Source: Candidatus Methanomethylicia archaeon (lineage in GTDB: Archaea > Thermoproteota > Methanomethylicia > CALHIW01). Taken from it: a DNA stretch of 64,000 bases. The translations under genes and the position numbers were made by a program. Shown in pieces: positions 10,137 to 21,287 of this stretch. How positions within the stretch are numbered: position 1 is the stretch's first letter; every line of letters starts with the position of its first letter. The stretch lies in contig JAWBQF010000013.1 in assembly GCA_038845975.1 (NCBI GenBank), positions 1-64,000 of the forward strand. The letters run 5' to 3'. The notes under the pieces were generated by a model, which was not told where the DNA came from, ran no database searches, and saw nothing but the letters and a program-made list of their open reading frames with translations.

Positions 10137-10771
10137 GGCTTTGTTAACTTAGGCATGTTTATTACCTCTATTTTGGTATTGTGTTTCTATGAATTCCTTA
10201 GCTTTTATCTTTTCATTAATTCATGTTCCATTTATCATGTATGCTATTGATTTTATAAGCATTAATACATGTTCATTCTCCATTAATTCTAATTTCTAAA
10301 TTATATCATGTTTAAATTCAATATTTACATGATGCTTATAGTATTGTGTTCCGTCACTCAATACAATTATATTTGAGCCGTAAACAACTTTAATCTTTTT
10401 AAGAAGTGCCAATGATGTAAGTATATTTGAAACATCGTAAATCCATATATAAAAATCTTCCTAATAACGGCTTAAAACAACATACATAACCATACTCTTA
10501 GACTATACCTATAATAATATCATCAACCATAACAATCCTAACATATTTCTATCGAATTCAAATAGGAAGCTTAAGATAAACCACGATAATATAGAATAAC
10601 TCCTACAACAATAAACTAAATATCTGAAGCCATTCTAGAAGAACGAAAATATATAAGCAATAAACAACTAAAGTAAATGGAGTTCTCTCCCTAACAAACT
10701 TGATAACTTTAACCATAAACACACCATAAATAGGGGGCGAACTCCCAAATAAATCTAAAGTTAACAAAGTC
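10137..10771 (-). mobile_element. Decayed IS6-family element, group A copy 1
   Basis: TIRs GGCTTTGTTAACTT / AAGTTAACAAAGTC. Remnant peptides VKVIKFVRERTP, RIVMVDD and IIVLSDGTQYY. Homologous to 38253-38938, 40255-40877 and 58665-58870. Confidence 0.75.
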
Positions 10772-11040
10772 TCCTACAGATACTATTAGCTTTAAATACG
10801 AAAACACATATAGTTAATGGTTTAAGCTCATAGATGATTCAATGTATTCTCAGGATTAAATATAAATTCATTCAGAGTAAGTTCTAGACTTATATCGAGG
10901 TTTACTGTAACTGAGAGATTATCTGAAATACTGTATGTTAGTCTGTAAAGTTGCTTTATAGGTTAAACAGAGTGATTATGCTAATTTCTATACATATAGG
11001 TATTGTAGAGTGTATATGTTTGAAGTTGATGTAGATCTTG

Positions 11041-12054
11041 CTACCATTCAGTAAAATTTCCAATAATTGCTGTTGGTGTTAGCATATTCTTCATAGTTAG
11101 TAATCCAGGAGGAGATTTGTATACTTTAGGTATCATATTAATAACCATTGCTGCAGTAGCTATATCACCAGCTGTTCCATATTCATTTCTCCATTTAAGC
11201 TTTGGCTCTCCATCAATTATAACCTCATCATAATCTTCTCTTTCAGTAGATGCTAGTAGTTCAATTCTTATGAATTCACTACCATTAACATATCCTACAC
11301 CATATCCTTTTACACCACATACTTGACCTGGCTGGATTTTAAAGTATTGGGTTTCCATATATTTATCAGCTACTATAGGTTCTTGTCCTTCCTCGATTTT
11401 ATTTATCTTTACGTTTAGCATTGAGGCTAAGAGCATTATTGATTCTGCATATCCTACATGGGCTGTTATTTCTCCCTTAGATATTTTCTCCTGGAATTCC
11501 TGTACTGTCATGCTTAAACCGTACTTTTTCTGGAATGAATATCTTCTCCTTGATGCATTAATAGATCTAACAATATGAATTTTATTTATATTAATGCATA
11601 CTGAACTTAGAAATGCTGGTAGTGTATCAAATATAAATCCCGGATTAACACCAGTACCGAGAACTGTAACATTCTGCTTTTTTGCTGCTTCATCAATTAG
11701 GAATGCAAGTTCAGGATATCTATACCATGGATAAGCAAGGGTTTCCGATGTAGAGATAATATCTGCTCCAGCTTTAATACATTTAACAATTTGAGGATAT
11801 ATTTCGTCAAGATATGTAGTTGTTGAATGTAGAACAACATCAGCTTCACGTAGAATATCCATAGCATTATCTTCATGAATAACCTGTATGCCTAAACTTC
11901 TACCTAAACCTATAATTTCACCTATATCTCTACCTACTTTATCTGGAGATATATCAATACCTCCAATTAATCTAATACCTGACTTTATAGTAACATACTT
12001 AGCTATTAAACTACCTATAGGGCCAAGACCATAGATAACAACCTGAATACTCAT
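11041..12054 (-). CDS. 2,4-diaminopentanoate dehydrogenase-like / DapB-related NAD(P)-dependent amine dehydrogenase
   Basis: YGLGPIG Rossmann motif, GTGVNPGF, HVGYAES, GDIATAA. Confidence 0.8.
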   Translation of the reverse strand: MSIQVVIYGLGPIGSLIAKYVTIKSGIRLIGGIDISPDKVGRDIGEIIGLGRSLGIQVIHEDNAMDILREADVVLHSTTTYLDEIYPQIVKCIKAGADIISTSETLAYPWYRYPELAFLIDEAAKKQNVTVLGTGVNPGFIFDTLPAFLSSVCININKIHIVRSINASRRRYSFQKKYGLSMTVQEFQEKISKGEITAHVGYAESIMLLASMLNVKINKIEEGQEPIVADKYMETQYFKIQPGQVCGVKGYGVGYVNGSEFIRIELLASTEREDYDEVIIDGEPKLKWRNEYGTAGDIATAAMVINMIPKVYKSPPGLLTMKNMLTPTAIIGNFTEW

Positions 12055-12375
12055 GGAGTCACCAAGACAGTTAAAAAACAGCATTATATAACTCTTTCTA
12101 AGAGATAGGTTTAAAATTTAAGATTTGTTTATTTTCTTTATCTTAACTAGGTAATTTAACTGCTTAAAATTAGTAAACCCCATTAAAACTTTGTTTATTT
12201 TGAATAATTCCAATCTCAAGATTAACTTAACGATTTATCCAACAATATATAATCCTCCTATTTACGTTTCATGAAGTACATGTTTAAAGCTTCAAAGACG
12301 TAATGTGGAAGCATTATAGGTTTATTTATGCTAGTTTATCCCATTATAGAGGATGAGCTTATCCAGTTTAACAAT

Positions 12376-12458
12376 GAATTTATCTGAAAACTCTTAAATA
12401 TTGTTAAAGCTTAATTAGGTTAATAATTAACTACCAATTAATTATGAGTTTCAGATTC
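12376..12458. mobile_element. ~85-bp MITE copy 1
   Basis: Ends GAATTTATCTGAAAACTC / GAGTTTCAGATTC. The interior is similar to 29810-29899. Confidence 0.55.
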
Positions 12459-12638
12459 AATAAATGTTGTAGACGAACTCAGCTTCTATTAGTTAATCTA
12501 TAGCATAAAAGTAAATAGAATTGCTATAAGCAATAGTTAAGATCATTGAGATAACATAATCAAAGCCGTTGAATAATTAGTAACTCCAACAAGATTAATT
12601 CAAAACATTACTGCTTACTATTGGATTTTAAGAATTGA

Positions 12639-14636
12639 TTATTTAATCCATTTCAGGAGTGTTTGACGTATTCCCTCTCTTATTGTATCTACTATGTTTC
12701 TATATGTTTTCCTTATCTTTCTATTTCTTGCTTTTAACGCTAGTTTCTCAACTACTAGTTCTGGTGTGCTTATGCCTAGCTTATTAAATATTGGTTGTCT
12801 ATCAACTATTAAGTTACCTTTTTCATCAAGCCCTTTAGCAACTATTCCATCTATTCTTACATTTCTTAGAAGATGAGGAGTTATTTCAGCTGCTAGATGT
12901 GTCACTAGGATCATGTATGTATTTGGTGGAGTATTGTTTATTATTGAAGCTATTATCCTACCCATAGCTCCAGGTTCTGTTAATGCTTCAAATTCATCTA
13001 TTAAAACTAGTTTAGCTCTACTATCACTAAACATTCTTCCCATTGATCTTAATGATGCTTCAAGACTTCCAGTTCTTTTAGCTGTTTTCCTTTTAAACAT
13101 GTAGAGAGGCATTAACGATACTTCAGCTTTTTCTGCTGGAACAGGTAGTCCATGTAGGGTTAATATATGTATTATTGCTATTGTTTCAATAAGTGTTGTT
13201 TTACCTCCACTGTTAGCACCTGTTAGAAGAGCTATGTTTAGAGGGGTTGCATCCTTAACCTTAACAGTATCCGTTTCACCTAAAGCATAGGATACTGATT
13301 GAAGCTTTAATCCAAGCTTAAACTCTTCAGCTTGTAGTAATAGGTTTCTACCATTTATAAATGCAAACCCCCTACTACCTATAATGGGCTTCGTTAAACC
13401 ATATTCCTCAGTAAATAGCGCTAATGCTATCTCTAAGTCAAGGCTGAAAAGCTTCTTTAAGGCTTCATCAACATCATCAATATAGGATTTAAGCTTTAAG
13501 GCTATTTCTCTAAGTTTCATATGTTTCTTCTCCATCATTCTCTTCACATATAGAATCTCTAAGCTTCTAATCTTTACTGGATGAAACTGAAACGGTAATT
13601 CAAAACTTTCAAATGCAGCCTCCCATAAAAGCTTACGTTCATTCTCAGTAAGTTTTAGTCTTCCAGTAATATCCCAAAGCATGGATTCTAAAGCTTTTCT
13701 AAACTCTATAGTTGAACTAGTACTGATAAGCTTCTTTAATTCATTATTTATCTTCTCCTCATACTCAACAATTATCTGCTTAAAGTCTGGAGGAGACTGC
13801 TTTTCAGCTTCATCAACGAGGCTTAGAGCTTCACATATACGGTTTATAAGGTTTTCATCTGAAAAACCTTCAACTAAACTGTAAAGTTCAATAAAGCATT
13901 CAAGAATAGGTTTTCTAGTAGTAAAATAGTTTATAAGTATTGATGGATTAATATCGATTAGGTTTGGAAGCTCATTGAAAGCTATAACTCCAGGCTCATG
14001 TATAGGTTCTTCTCCAACGTATATTATAGGCTCCTTTAAGCTTATAAGCTGCTTAAACTTATCCTTTGAATCTATAAGTTCAACTCTATGAAATACACTA
14101 AACATTTTAGATAGGTTATTATAGTATTCCCTACTTGAAGTAGCTATAACTAATGGTTTTTCATGGGGTGGTTTAGTAAATCTAGCTTTTGAAAGAATAT
14201 TTAAAACCCTTGAAAGCAATCCCCTATTTCTCAATCGTTTAAGAATTTCTAAACCATTATCAACTAGTTTAAGTCTATCTTCAATAATACTTCTATTCAA
14301 TGTAGGAGTAATGGATAAAACCCTACATCTACCAACATCAGTTACAGGATAACTTGAAATAAGCTTTAAAATCCTTTCTGCTAAAATTCTTATATCCTTA
14401 GTTCTTAAAATACTTAAAACCCTAAATCCAGATATGGTTTCACCATATTTCTTAACGATACTATAACTATCATCAACACTAATACCTAAATATTCTGAAA
14501 TACCCTCAAAAAATCCTAACTCTAGAAATTCAATAACTGATCTTAGCCTATACTCATCAATATCCTTTAATAACCTAGCATAATACTCTGAAAGGAAGTT
14601 TAAAGCTTTTAATCTATTTTTGGTTTCATCACTCAT
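12639..14636 (-). CDS. Archaeal MutS-like ATPase (no mismatch-binding domain)
   Basis: C-terminal MutS domain V: LLTGANSGGKTT, LIDEFEALTEPGA, VTHL. Confidence 0.85.
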   Translation of the reverse strand: MSDETKNRLKALNFLSEYYARLLKDIDEYRLRSVIEFLELGFFEGISEYLGISVDDSYSIVKKYGETISGFRVLSILRTKDIRILAERILKLISSYPVTDVGRCRVLSITPTLNRSIIEDRLKLVDNGLEILKRLRNRGLLSRVLNILSKARFTKPPHEKPLVIATSSREYYNNLSKMFSVFHRVELIDSKDKFKQLISLKEPIIYVGEEPIHEPGVIAFNELPNLIDINPSILINYFTTRKPILECFIELYSLVEGFSDENLINRICEALSLVDEAEKQSPPDFKQIIVEYEEKINNELKKLISTSSTIEFRKALESMLWDITGRLKLTENERKLLWEAAFESFELPFQFHPVKIRSLEILYVKRMMEKKHMKLREIALKLKSYIDDVDEALKKLFSLDLEIALALFTEEYGLTKPIIGSRGFAFINGRNLLLQAEEFKLGLKLQSVSYALGETDTVKVKDATPLNIALLTGANSGGKTTLIETIAIIHILTLHGLPVPAEKAEVSLMPLYMFKRKTAKRTGSLEASLRSMGRMFSDSRAKLVLIDEFEALTEPGAMGRIIASIINNTPPNTYMILVTHLAAEITPHLLRNVRIDGIVAKGLDEKGNLIVDRQPIFNKLGISTPELVVEKLALKARNRKIRKTYRNIVDTIREGIRQTLLKWIK

Positions 14637-14856
14637 TTATATAAATATGAGTGAAGAATTTATTAAATCTTTCCCAGCTAAACCAATATTAACTAACCAG
14701 TTTAAATTCTAATATTTAGAAAATATTTAAATTGTCCTTCATTCTAATGGATAATGGCTTACAGTTCCTGACTATATGATGTACGAAGATTGCTAGTGGG
14801 CTGGTTTTATAATATATGTTTAGAGCTGTGATGAAAACCAATTTCAAGAGACTACT

Positions 14857-16005
14857 TTAAAGATTCAATGTTTTAATTAGAAACTCTGTTAAATCAAGAA
14901 CTTCTAGATCGGATTCAAGAGCTGATACACCGTCTCTTAAAGTCATTTTACATGATGGACAGGAAGTAACTAGGATCTTGGCTCCTATGTTTAGGGCTTG
15001 CTTAACTCTTTTCTGGGATACTTTAACTCTAACCTCATTATCTACTGCTTGAAGTAGTCCTCCACCACCACAACACTCTGAACTTAAACCATGAGTAGGA
15101 AGCTCAATAAAGCTTTTAGAGAACTTTTTAAGAATTAATCTTGGCTTTCTAATTATTCCTCCAAGTCTTCCAAGTTCACATGGATCATGATAGGTTACGG
15201 TACTGTTAATTAGGCTTTGAGGCTTTAAGTTATTAATATGCTCTACTATAAGCTCAGTAATATGTAATACTTTAAAACCTAATTTCCTACCTAGAAGAGA
15301 TGGATATTTCCATTTAAGCATTCTATAACATGAAGGACAAGTAGTTACAACCTCATTAGCATTCAGATCCTCAATGAGTTTAACGTTATGTTTAGCGTGT
15401 TCTACAGCTTTCTCCTCAGATCCAGCCATAATCCAGGGAGCTCCACAACACCATTCATCATTACCTAAAAAACTCCAGTTTAAATTTAGCTTATTAAGTA
15501 GTAGAGATGATGCATAAGCTATTTCTTGACATACTCCCTTAAATGCAGGGGTACAACCAACAAAGTAGATAATATTAGCCTTCTTAGATACTGGAGGGTT
15601 TTCTAATCCTAAATAGTCAATCCAATCAAATCTAGATTCAGCCATCATAGAGTATGGATTCTTAAATTCTTGAAGACTATTAGTGATAAGGTTCAAGTTT
15701 TCAGGATTTCTACCTAAACTATAAACATAGCCTCTTAAATACTCCCAGAAATCAATAGTTGAAATACCGAATGGACATACCTCCATACATCTACCACAGA
15801 GAGTACACTCATAAATATTGAGGAACTCAAAATCCTCAGTAATACTCTTACCCTTAACAATATTCTGCATAACTCTTAACCTATAAACTGGACTTTTACC
15901 TAAATCACCAGTCTCTAAGTATACATGACATGAATCCCTACATACCCCACATTTCACACAAATATCTAGAAATACTGAGGATAGAAAGCTGTGAAACTTA
16001 ATCAT
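14857..16005 (-). CDS. Fe-S oxidoreductase, HdrD/GlpC-like (2x[4Fe-4S] + two CCG domains)
   Basis: CVKCGVCRDSC, CTLCGRCMEVCP, GC...CCG...CPSC, HDPC...CCGGGG...CPSC. Confidence 0.9.
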   Translation of the reverse strand: MIKFHSFLSSVFLDICVKCGVCRDSCHVYLETGDLGKSPVYRLRVMQNIVKGKSITEDFEFLNIYECTLCGRCMEVCPFGISTIDFWEYLRGYVYSLGRNPENLNLITNSLQEFKNPYSMMAESRFDWIDYLGLENPPVSKKANIIYFVGCTPAFKGVCQEIAYASSLLLNKLNLNWSFLGNDEWCCGAPWIMAGSEEKAVEHAKHNVKLIEDLNANEVVTTCPSCYRMLKWKYPSLLGRKLGFKVLHITELIVEHINNLKPQSLINSTVTYHDPCELGRLGGIIRKPRLILKKFSKSFIELPTHGLSSECCGGGGLLQAVDNEVRVKVSQKRVKQALNIGAKILVTSCPSCKMTLRDGVSALESDLEVLDLTEFLIKTLNL

Positions 16006-16251
16006 CTAAACACCTTACATAAACTATTAGATATAGTCACTTAATAATCCAATATATAAATCTTACCTATAATGTGATGTTTACGAGCTTAAACACCTAT
16101 TAATCTAAGTAATGCAGCTCTAATTTTAGCATTTAATTAACCTACTTTACGGCATGAAAACCATAGCTTCATAGATATTTAATTCCTACTACTATAAAGT
16201 AGATTTTTGAAATCATCCATTTTATATTTAAGGTTTCTGAGTACTTACCAT

Positions 16252-16550
16252 GATACTGTTACTTTTAGGTTTTGAGTAGGCTTTAGGAAGCTATCTCTTG
16301 GAGGTGATTTTTGTAGATAATCTTCTCAAAGCCCTTAGAGATAAAGGAGTTTTCAGATAAGGTTTCGCTTAAAGAAGTTGAGAGCATACATCCTATACAT
16401 GGCTGGGCTTAGCTATAGGGATATAGCTTACGTCTATCGGATCGTTGATTTAAGCCACGTATCAGTATGACGTTGGGTTCAAAAGATTGAAAGCATAAGG
16501 TTTGATGTGAAGCCAAAGCATAGAAAACTTCCCACCACAACAGCAACATA
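16252..16550 (+). mobile_element. Internally deleted IS6-family element, group B copy 1
   Basis: The first ~265 bp are highly similar to 47567-47833, including TIR GATACTGTTACTTTTAG. It then jumps to sequence resembling 48224-48250; the right TIR is lost. Confidence 0.8.
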
Positions 16551-16784
16551 TATTTCACTATCTATACTCTATCGGACTTAACTTCAGCTTAATTACTGTT
16601 ATAGTGTATTAAAAGATACAGCCCCCATTCAGCTCTTAAACTAGGCTACATCCTTTCTAGCTACTAACAGAGAGTATTTAAACTTCGGTAATTAACTCTG
16701 TAAATATAGGCTTTCTTATTAAAGTTCTTGTAGTAGGCTTAATCATGGATGGTTTAGTATAGAAAACATAGTAGTATTAGAGCT

Positions 16785-18704
16785 TCACAGCTTTCTTAGA
16801 GAGAAAGACACTATCAATACTATTAATAGTGCACTTACAAGCTTAATAGTTATATCTGGACTCATAAGAATTAAAACCCCGAGAACTGGGCAAATCCATA
16901 ATATAATCGATTTTAGGGAACTCATATTTATTCCGAATGTTATAAATCTTATTGATAATCCTATGGATGCTGTAAAGATAAGGAATCCGTAGAGTAAACC
17001 TGAAAGACTTATAGATAAGACTTCTGGGAAAGCTAGAAATGCAAATGGAAATAGGAATACTGGTAAGGAGATTATGATTGAGTTGTACATAGTTCTATAG
17101 AATGATCCCTCCGAAATCTTAGAGGCAACAGCAGCAGCTATAGAGGCTGGTGGTGAGTATTCAGCAATTACTGCAAGAATAAATGCGAAGAAGTGAGCTG
17201 CCCAAAGATTAAAACCTGCCTTAACCATTGCTGGAACGAAGAGTATAGATAGTGAAATATATGTTGCTGTTGGTGGAATACCGAGACCAATAATAATTCC
17301 AAATAAGTAGGCTGCAACTACTAGTAGTAGAGGGGATGCTTCAGCTAGATCAATTAGAGTCCAGCTTAAATCCTGTATTAAGCCAGTAGCTGTCATCATG
17401 TTTATCATAACTCCAAGTGTTGCAAGGAGAAGTGTAACATCAACAACCGAATTTACACCCTGACATATTCCATTCAAGATTGATTTCCCAAATTCTAATA
17501 GAAGAATCTTAAAGCTCCCATGTTTAATAATTACGTATATTATTTTCAGCACTACGATATAGATTATAAAGGATATCATAGAGTAATAGGACGCTGTTGG
17601 AAGCTCATATTGTAAATAACCTATAAAGTATACAAGCATTACCAATGCAATAATAAATCCCCCGAAATTTATGAATACTATTTTCTCAATAGGACTCCTA
17701 TTAACATCTATTGTTTTAGTGGATTTAATAAATTTTGAAGTAATTATGTATACACATAACCCTACTGATGCATAATATACGATTGCAGGTATAAGTGCAC
17801 GGGTAGCTACCTCCCAATAGGGAACTCCTATTGTTGCAGCCATAACGAATGCTGCTACACCCATTATAGGAGGCATTATCATACCGCCTAGTGAAGATGA
17901 AACCTCAATAGCTCCAGCATAGTTTGGATGAATACCTATTCTCTTCATTAAGGGTATTGTATAGCTCCCAGTAGTAGCTACATTAGCCGTTATACTACCA
18001 GTAACTGTCCCTACACAAGCACTGCTAATAACACTAATTTGAGGTATAAGTCTTGGAGACCTTACATAACCAATAATTAGCTTAACCATAGATTCAAGAA
18101 TACCAAAACCTATAAGTAGTCCTATAAGAATTAGGATTGGAGATACTGTTTGAACACCAATTATAGATAATGAGCCGAAAACACCGAATCCTTCCAACGT
18201 GTTTGATGTAATAAACCTAATATATGGAAGACCTAGATGAAAGAAGGGTTCAGGTAATAGCCTACCAATAAATGGAGTCGCATATATAAAGAAGAATATA
18301 TTTATATAGAAGAGAACTGGATGTATCCTTCTTGAAAACTCCATCACTAATAAAAGAATGAAAAGACCAATAGTTAAATCCATTATTGAGAATTCAGTAG
18401 ATGTTAACCAGAATATTCTTGAAAACTCTAAATTTAAGTAAAAACCTGAAAGAAATGGAAATATGATAAATATAAATGCTATTACAACATTTAATTTTCT
18501 ACCTAACCTCGGATATAGAGTATTATTTCTTCTATATTCATTAAGAAAGTATAGTGATAACAGTAAGGGTACTAGTTGAAATACAAGCTGTGTGCCACTT
18601 ATAAACGCTGTAACCATATATAGTAGGATTATACTGAAAATTAATATGGAAAACCCATAACTAAAAAAATTAAGGATTGATTTAGACTGCAATTTTCCAT
18701 TCAT
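16785..18704 (-). CDS. TAXI-TRAP fused 4TM/12TM permease
   Basis: GSITANVATTGSYTIPLMK, MPPIMG, GIPPTATY, SPP; multi-TM. Confidence 0.9.
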   Translation of the reverse strand: MNGKLQSKSILNFFSYGFSILIFSIILLYMVTAFISGTQLVFQLVPLLLSLYFLNEYRRNNTLYPRLGRKLNVVIAFIFIIFPFLSGFYLNLEFSRIFWLTSTEFSIMDLTIGLFILLLVMEFSRRIHPVLFYINIFFFIYATPFIGRLLPEPFFHLGLPYIRFITSNTLEGFGVFGSLSIIGVQTVSPILILIGLLIGFGILESMVKLIIGYVRSPRLIPQISVISSACVGTVTGSITANVATTGSYTIPLMKRIGIHPNYAGAIEVSSSLGGMIMPPIMGVAAFVMAATIGVPYWEVATRALIPAIVYYASVGLCVYIITSKFIKSTKTIDVNRSPIEKIVFINFGGFIIALVMLVYFIGYLQYELPTASYYSMISFIIYIVVLKIIYVIIKHGSFKILLLEFGKSILNGICQGVNSVVDVTLLLATLGVMINMMTATGLIQDLSWTLIDLAEASPLLLVVAAYLFGIIIGLGIPPTATYISLSILFVPAMVKAGFNLWAAHFFAFILAVIAEYSPPASIAAAVASKISEGSFYRTMYNSIIISLPVFLFPFAFLAFPEVLSISLSGLLYGFLIFTASIGLSIRFITFGINMSSLKSIILWICPVLGVLILMSPDITIKLVSALLIVLIVSFSLRKL

Positions 18705-19818
18705 CCTTCCATGCACCATGCTCCTTAAGAATCTTAGCTAAACCAGGATGAACAGGTAGATCCGGCCATAAGGAGATTGCTTTCACCTGAAATCCAATAG
18801 GATCTTTAGCAAACTCTGAGAAGTACGCATGTTTAGCTTTAAGCTCATCCTTAGCATTAATCATCCCCTTAATCATAAGATAAACAGCTTCCTCAGGTAT
18901 AACTTTTGGATGAGTATGCCAGCCACCTACTAGAATTAATCCAAAAATCTCCTTCACACCAGTACCGAAAGGATCAGGAACCCAGCTGAATGGATATTTT
19001 GCCTTAGTAATCTTATCTATATCTTCAGGAAGAGGATTTATAACTGTAAGCTTCATCTTAGCTAATATCTCCGCAGCTTGGGGTGCAGGTACTCCAGCAC
19101 CAGTCCAAATCCCAATGGCAACAACATCCTCTCTCTTCAAAGCATCTCCTTGAAGAGCAAAATCGATCTCTACATGTGTAGGCTTAACACCTATAAGTGA
19201 GAATACCTTCATATACCATGCATGTGAAGCCCACTTCGCAGTAAGTAATGCTATTTTCCTACCATTAAGATCTCTCCATGAGTTTAAACCATACTTCTCC
19301 TTCAATTCAGGTGTAGTAGCTATATGGAATGTGTTAGTATATACGTGGATCGTATGTATAGGTGTTACTGCACCAGATGGAAGAGTATCAAATGGTGCTT
19401 CACGATTCATAGCGCTAATCATTGATGTTGGATCAGTATATGCAACCTCCAAGTTTCCTGCAGCAAACTCCTTTATATTAACTGGCCAACCACCAACAGG
19501 ATAAACTGAGATATCAATGCCGGGAACAGATTTCCTAATAACATCCGCTATCAGAGACCCTACAGCATAACCTACACTACCAGCCTCTGTGGTTCCTAGC
19601 CTCCAGGCTTTTGGACCTGGAACTGTTGTTGGTATAGTTACAGGTGTTGTAGGAGTTATTATTGGTGAGGTAGCAGTTATAGTTTTTGTCTCTGTTCTAA
19701 CTATGGTTACCGTAGTTGTAGATACTGTTAAACTACTAGTAAAATATCCAACAATAACTCCAACTATAAGGAAGACCACAATTAATATAGATAGTGTTTT
19801 TTTACTGCTTACACTCAT
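18682..19818 (-). CDS. TAXI family TRAP solute-binding protein with Thr/Pro-rich linker
   Basis: LGTTEAGSVGY and C-terminal PVHPG motif; N-terminal TM anchor; adjacent to the permease. Confidence 0.88.
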   Translation of the reverse strand: MSVSSKKTLSILIVVFLIVGVIVGYFTSSLTVSTTTVTIVRTETKTITATSPIITPTTPVTIPTTVPGPKAWRLGTTEAGSVGYAVGSLIADVIRKSVPGIDISVYPVGGWPVNIKEFAAGNLEVAYTDPTSMISAMNREAPFDTLPSGAVTPIHTIHVYTNTFHIATTPELKEKYGLNSWRDLNGRKIALLTAKWASHAWYMKVFSLIGVKPTHVEIDFALQGDALKREDVVAIGIWTGAGVPAPQAAEILAKMKLTVINPLPEDIDKITKAKYPFSWVPDPFGTGVKEIFGLILVGGWHTHPKVIPEEAVYLMIKGMINAKDELKAKHAYFSEFAKDPIGFQVKAISLWPDLPVHPGLAKILKEHGAWKDEWKIAV

Positions 19819-19875
19819 TTATAATCCCTCACTATTGTACATTACAAATTTATAAATTTTTAGGATAATAGATTT

Positions 19876-20716
19876 CGTCCTATCAACTTAGGTAAAATGC
19901 CTCTAGAAATAGAGCATTGATTTTAAGATGGGATAATTATGGCTTAGTAATAATCTATCTATTTAATTTTAAGGTGGTTATGACCTACAATAATGCTTAA
20001 CTATTCTATTGTAAGCAACATAATGTATATGAGAGATAATACTATCAATAAACATAGTGAATAAAGATAGTCTTGAGTTTAAAGTTGGTATGATGCCTAG
20101 AAACTGTCCTTAGAAGTTTGTTTGGAATGTTCTTACTCTGTATTAATATGATTTGTAGTTATGGATTTCTTAATAGAATTAGGAAAGTAACTCATATTTG
20201 TATTCAGGTCTTATTAGACTATTTCTCATGTAGTTTTGAGGAAAATAGATCTTATATGCTAGGTATAGTTATGAGTATGTAGATGGATTTATGAGCTATC
20301 ACTGATTATCCCATTGGTTAGGAATATGTATTGATGAATATAGGGTTCATTTACTGTATGGACTGTACTTAAAAGTAGGAAATAGCCTATACATCATTTC
20401 CACATAGCGGTTTGATACATATAGATTCTAATGGTTTAGTGTTAAATGTTATTGCTAAATCATCTAAATATTATACAGCTAATGTTTAGACATTGAATAG
20501 ATGTAAGATGCTAAGAGATTAACAGGTATTTGAGAATTTATGAAGAAACATAAGTAGATGTAAAACATTAGATTATGCTAGGAGCTAATATGGTATACGT
20601 AACATATTACAACTGGATAATACCTCACATCGCCAAGAATCAAAATGTAAAAATGGATAAAATGAAGACCTAACAAGAGAGTAATAAGATGATGTAAATT
20701 TAACGTTGACAGAACA
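19876..20716 (+). mobile_element. Highly decayed IS6-family element (group C) filling a divergent intergenic region
   Basis: Ends GTCCTATCAACTTA (19877) and TAACGTTGACAGAAC (20701-20715). C-terminal IS6-type motif YYNWIIPH at ~20606-20629. Confidence 0.6.
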
Positions 20717-20760
20717 TTAAAGGAGGTATAAATTTATATTTTCCTCTAAAATTAATTGTT

Positions 20761-21198
20761 ATGTTCTACTTTGATGATTTTAAAATTGGAGATAAGTTTA
20801 CTTCGAGACCACGAATATTAACTTCTACGGATATAGATTTATTTACCGGAATTACTGGTGCTGTAAATCCTCTTTTTCTAAGTGATGAGGTAGCTAGGAA
20901 GAGAGGATTTGAAGGAAGAATTGCGCCTGGACTTCTAGTTTTAAGTGTTGCTGTAGGACTTCTTTATCAACTTGGATTATTTGATAATATCATTGCCTTG
21001 CTAGGTATTAATGATTTGAAATTTACATCACCGGTTAGGCCAGGTGATGAAGTTAATGCTGAATGTGAAGTTGTTGAAAAGAAGGAAGTGAAGACAGGTG
21101 ATAGAGGTATAGTAAGGCTTAAAATAACTTGTAGAAACATAACTAGAAACTCTATTGGTATAGATGGGTTCATTACTCTTCTTTATCCTAAAAAATGA
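20761..21198 (+). CDS. MaoC-family (R)-specific enoyl-CoA hydratase/dehydratase
   Basis: YFDDFKIGD, GAVNPLF, RIAPG and FTSPVRPGD hot-dog motifs. Confidence 0.88.
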   Translation: MFYFDDFKIGDKFTSRPRILTSTDIDLFTGITGAVNPLFLSDEVARKRGFEGRIAPGLLVLSVAVGLLYQLGLFDNIIALLGINDLKFTSPVRPGDEVNAECEVVEKKEVKTGDRGIVRLKITCRNITRNSIGIDGFITLLYPKK

Positions 21199-21287
21199 AG
21201 AAAGATATTCATAATATTAATGTGATTATACAATTATTTAAGGCTATTCTAACAAAGCTTAGTATTCTAGATGAATTTATTTTATTA

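Noticed and set aside
14745-14815. Possible C/D-box sRNA (CTGA...ATGATGT)
   Set aside because: No convincing terminal box C and box D pair.
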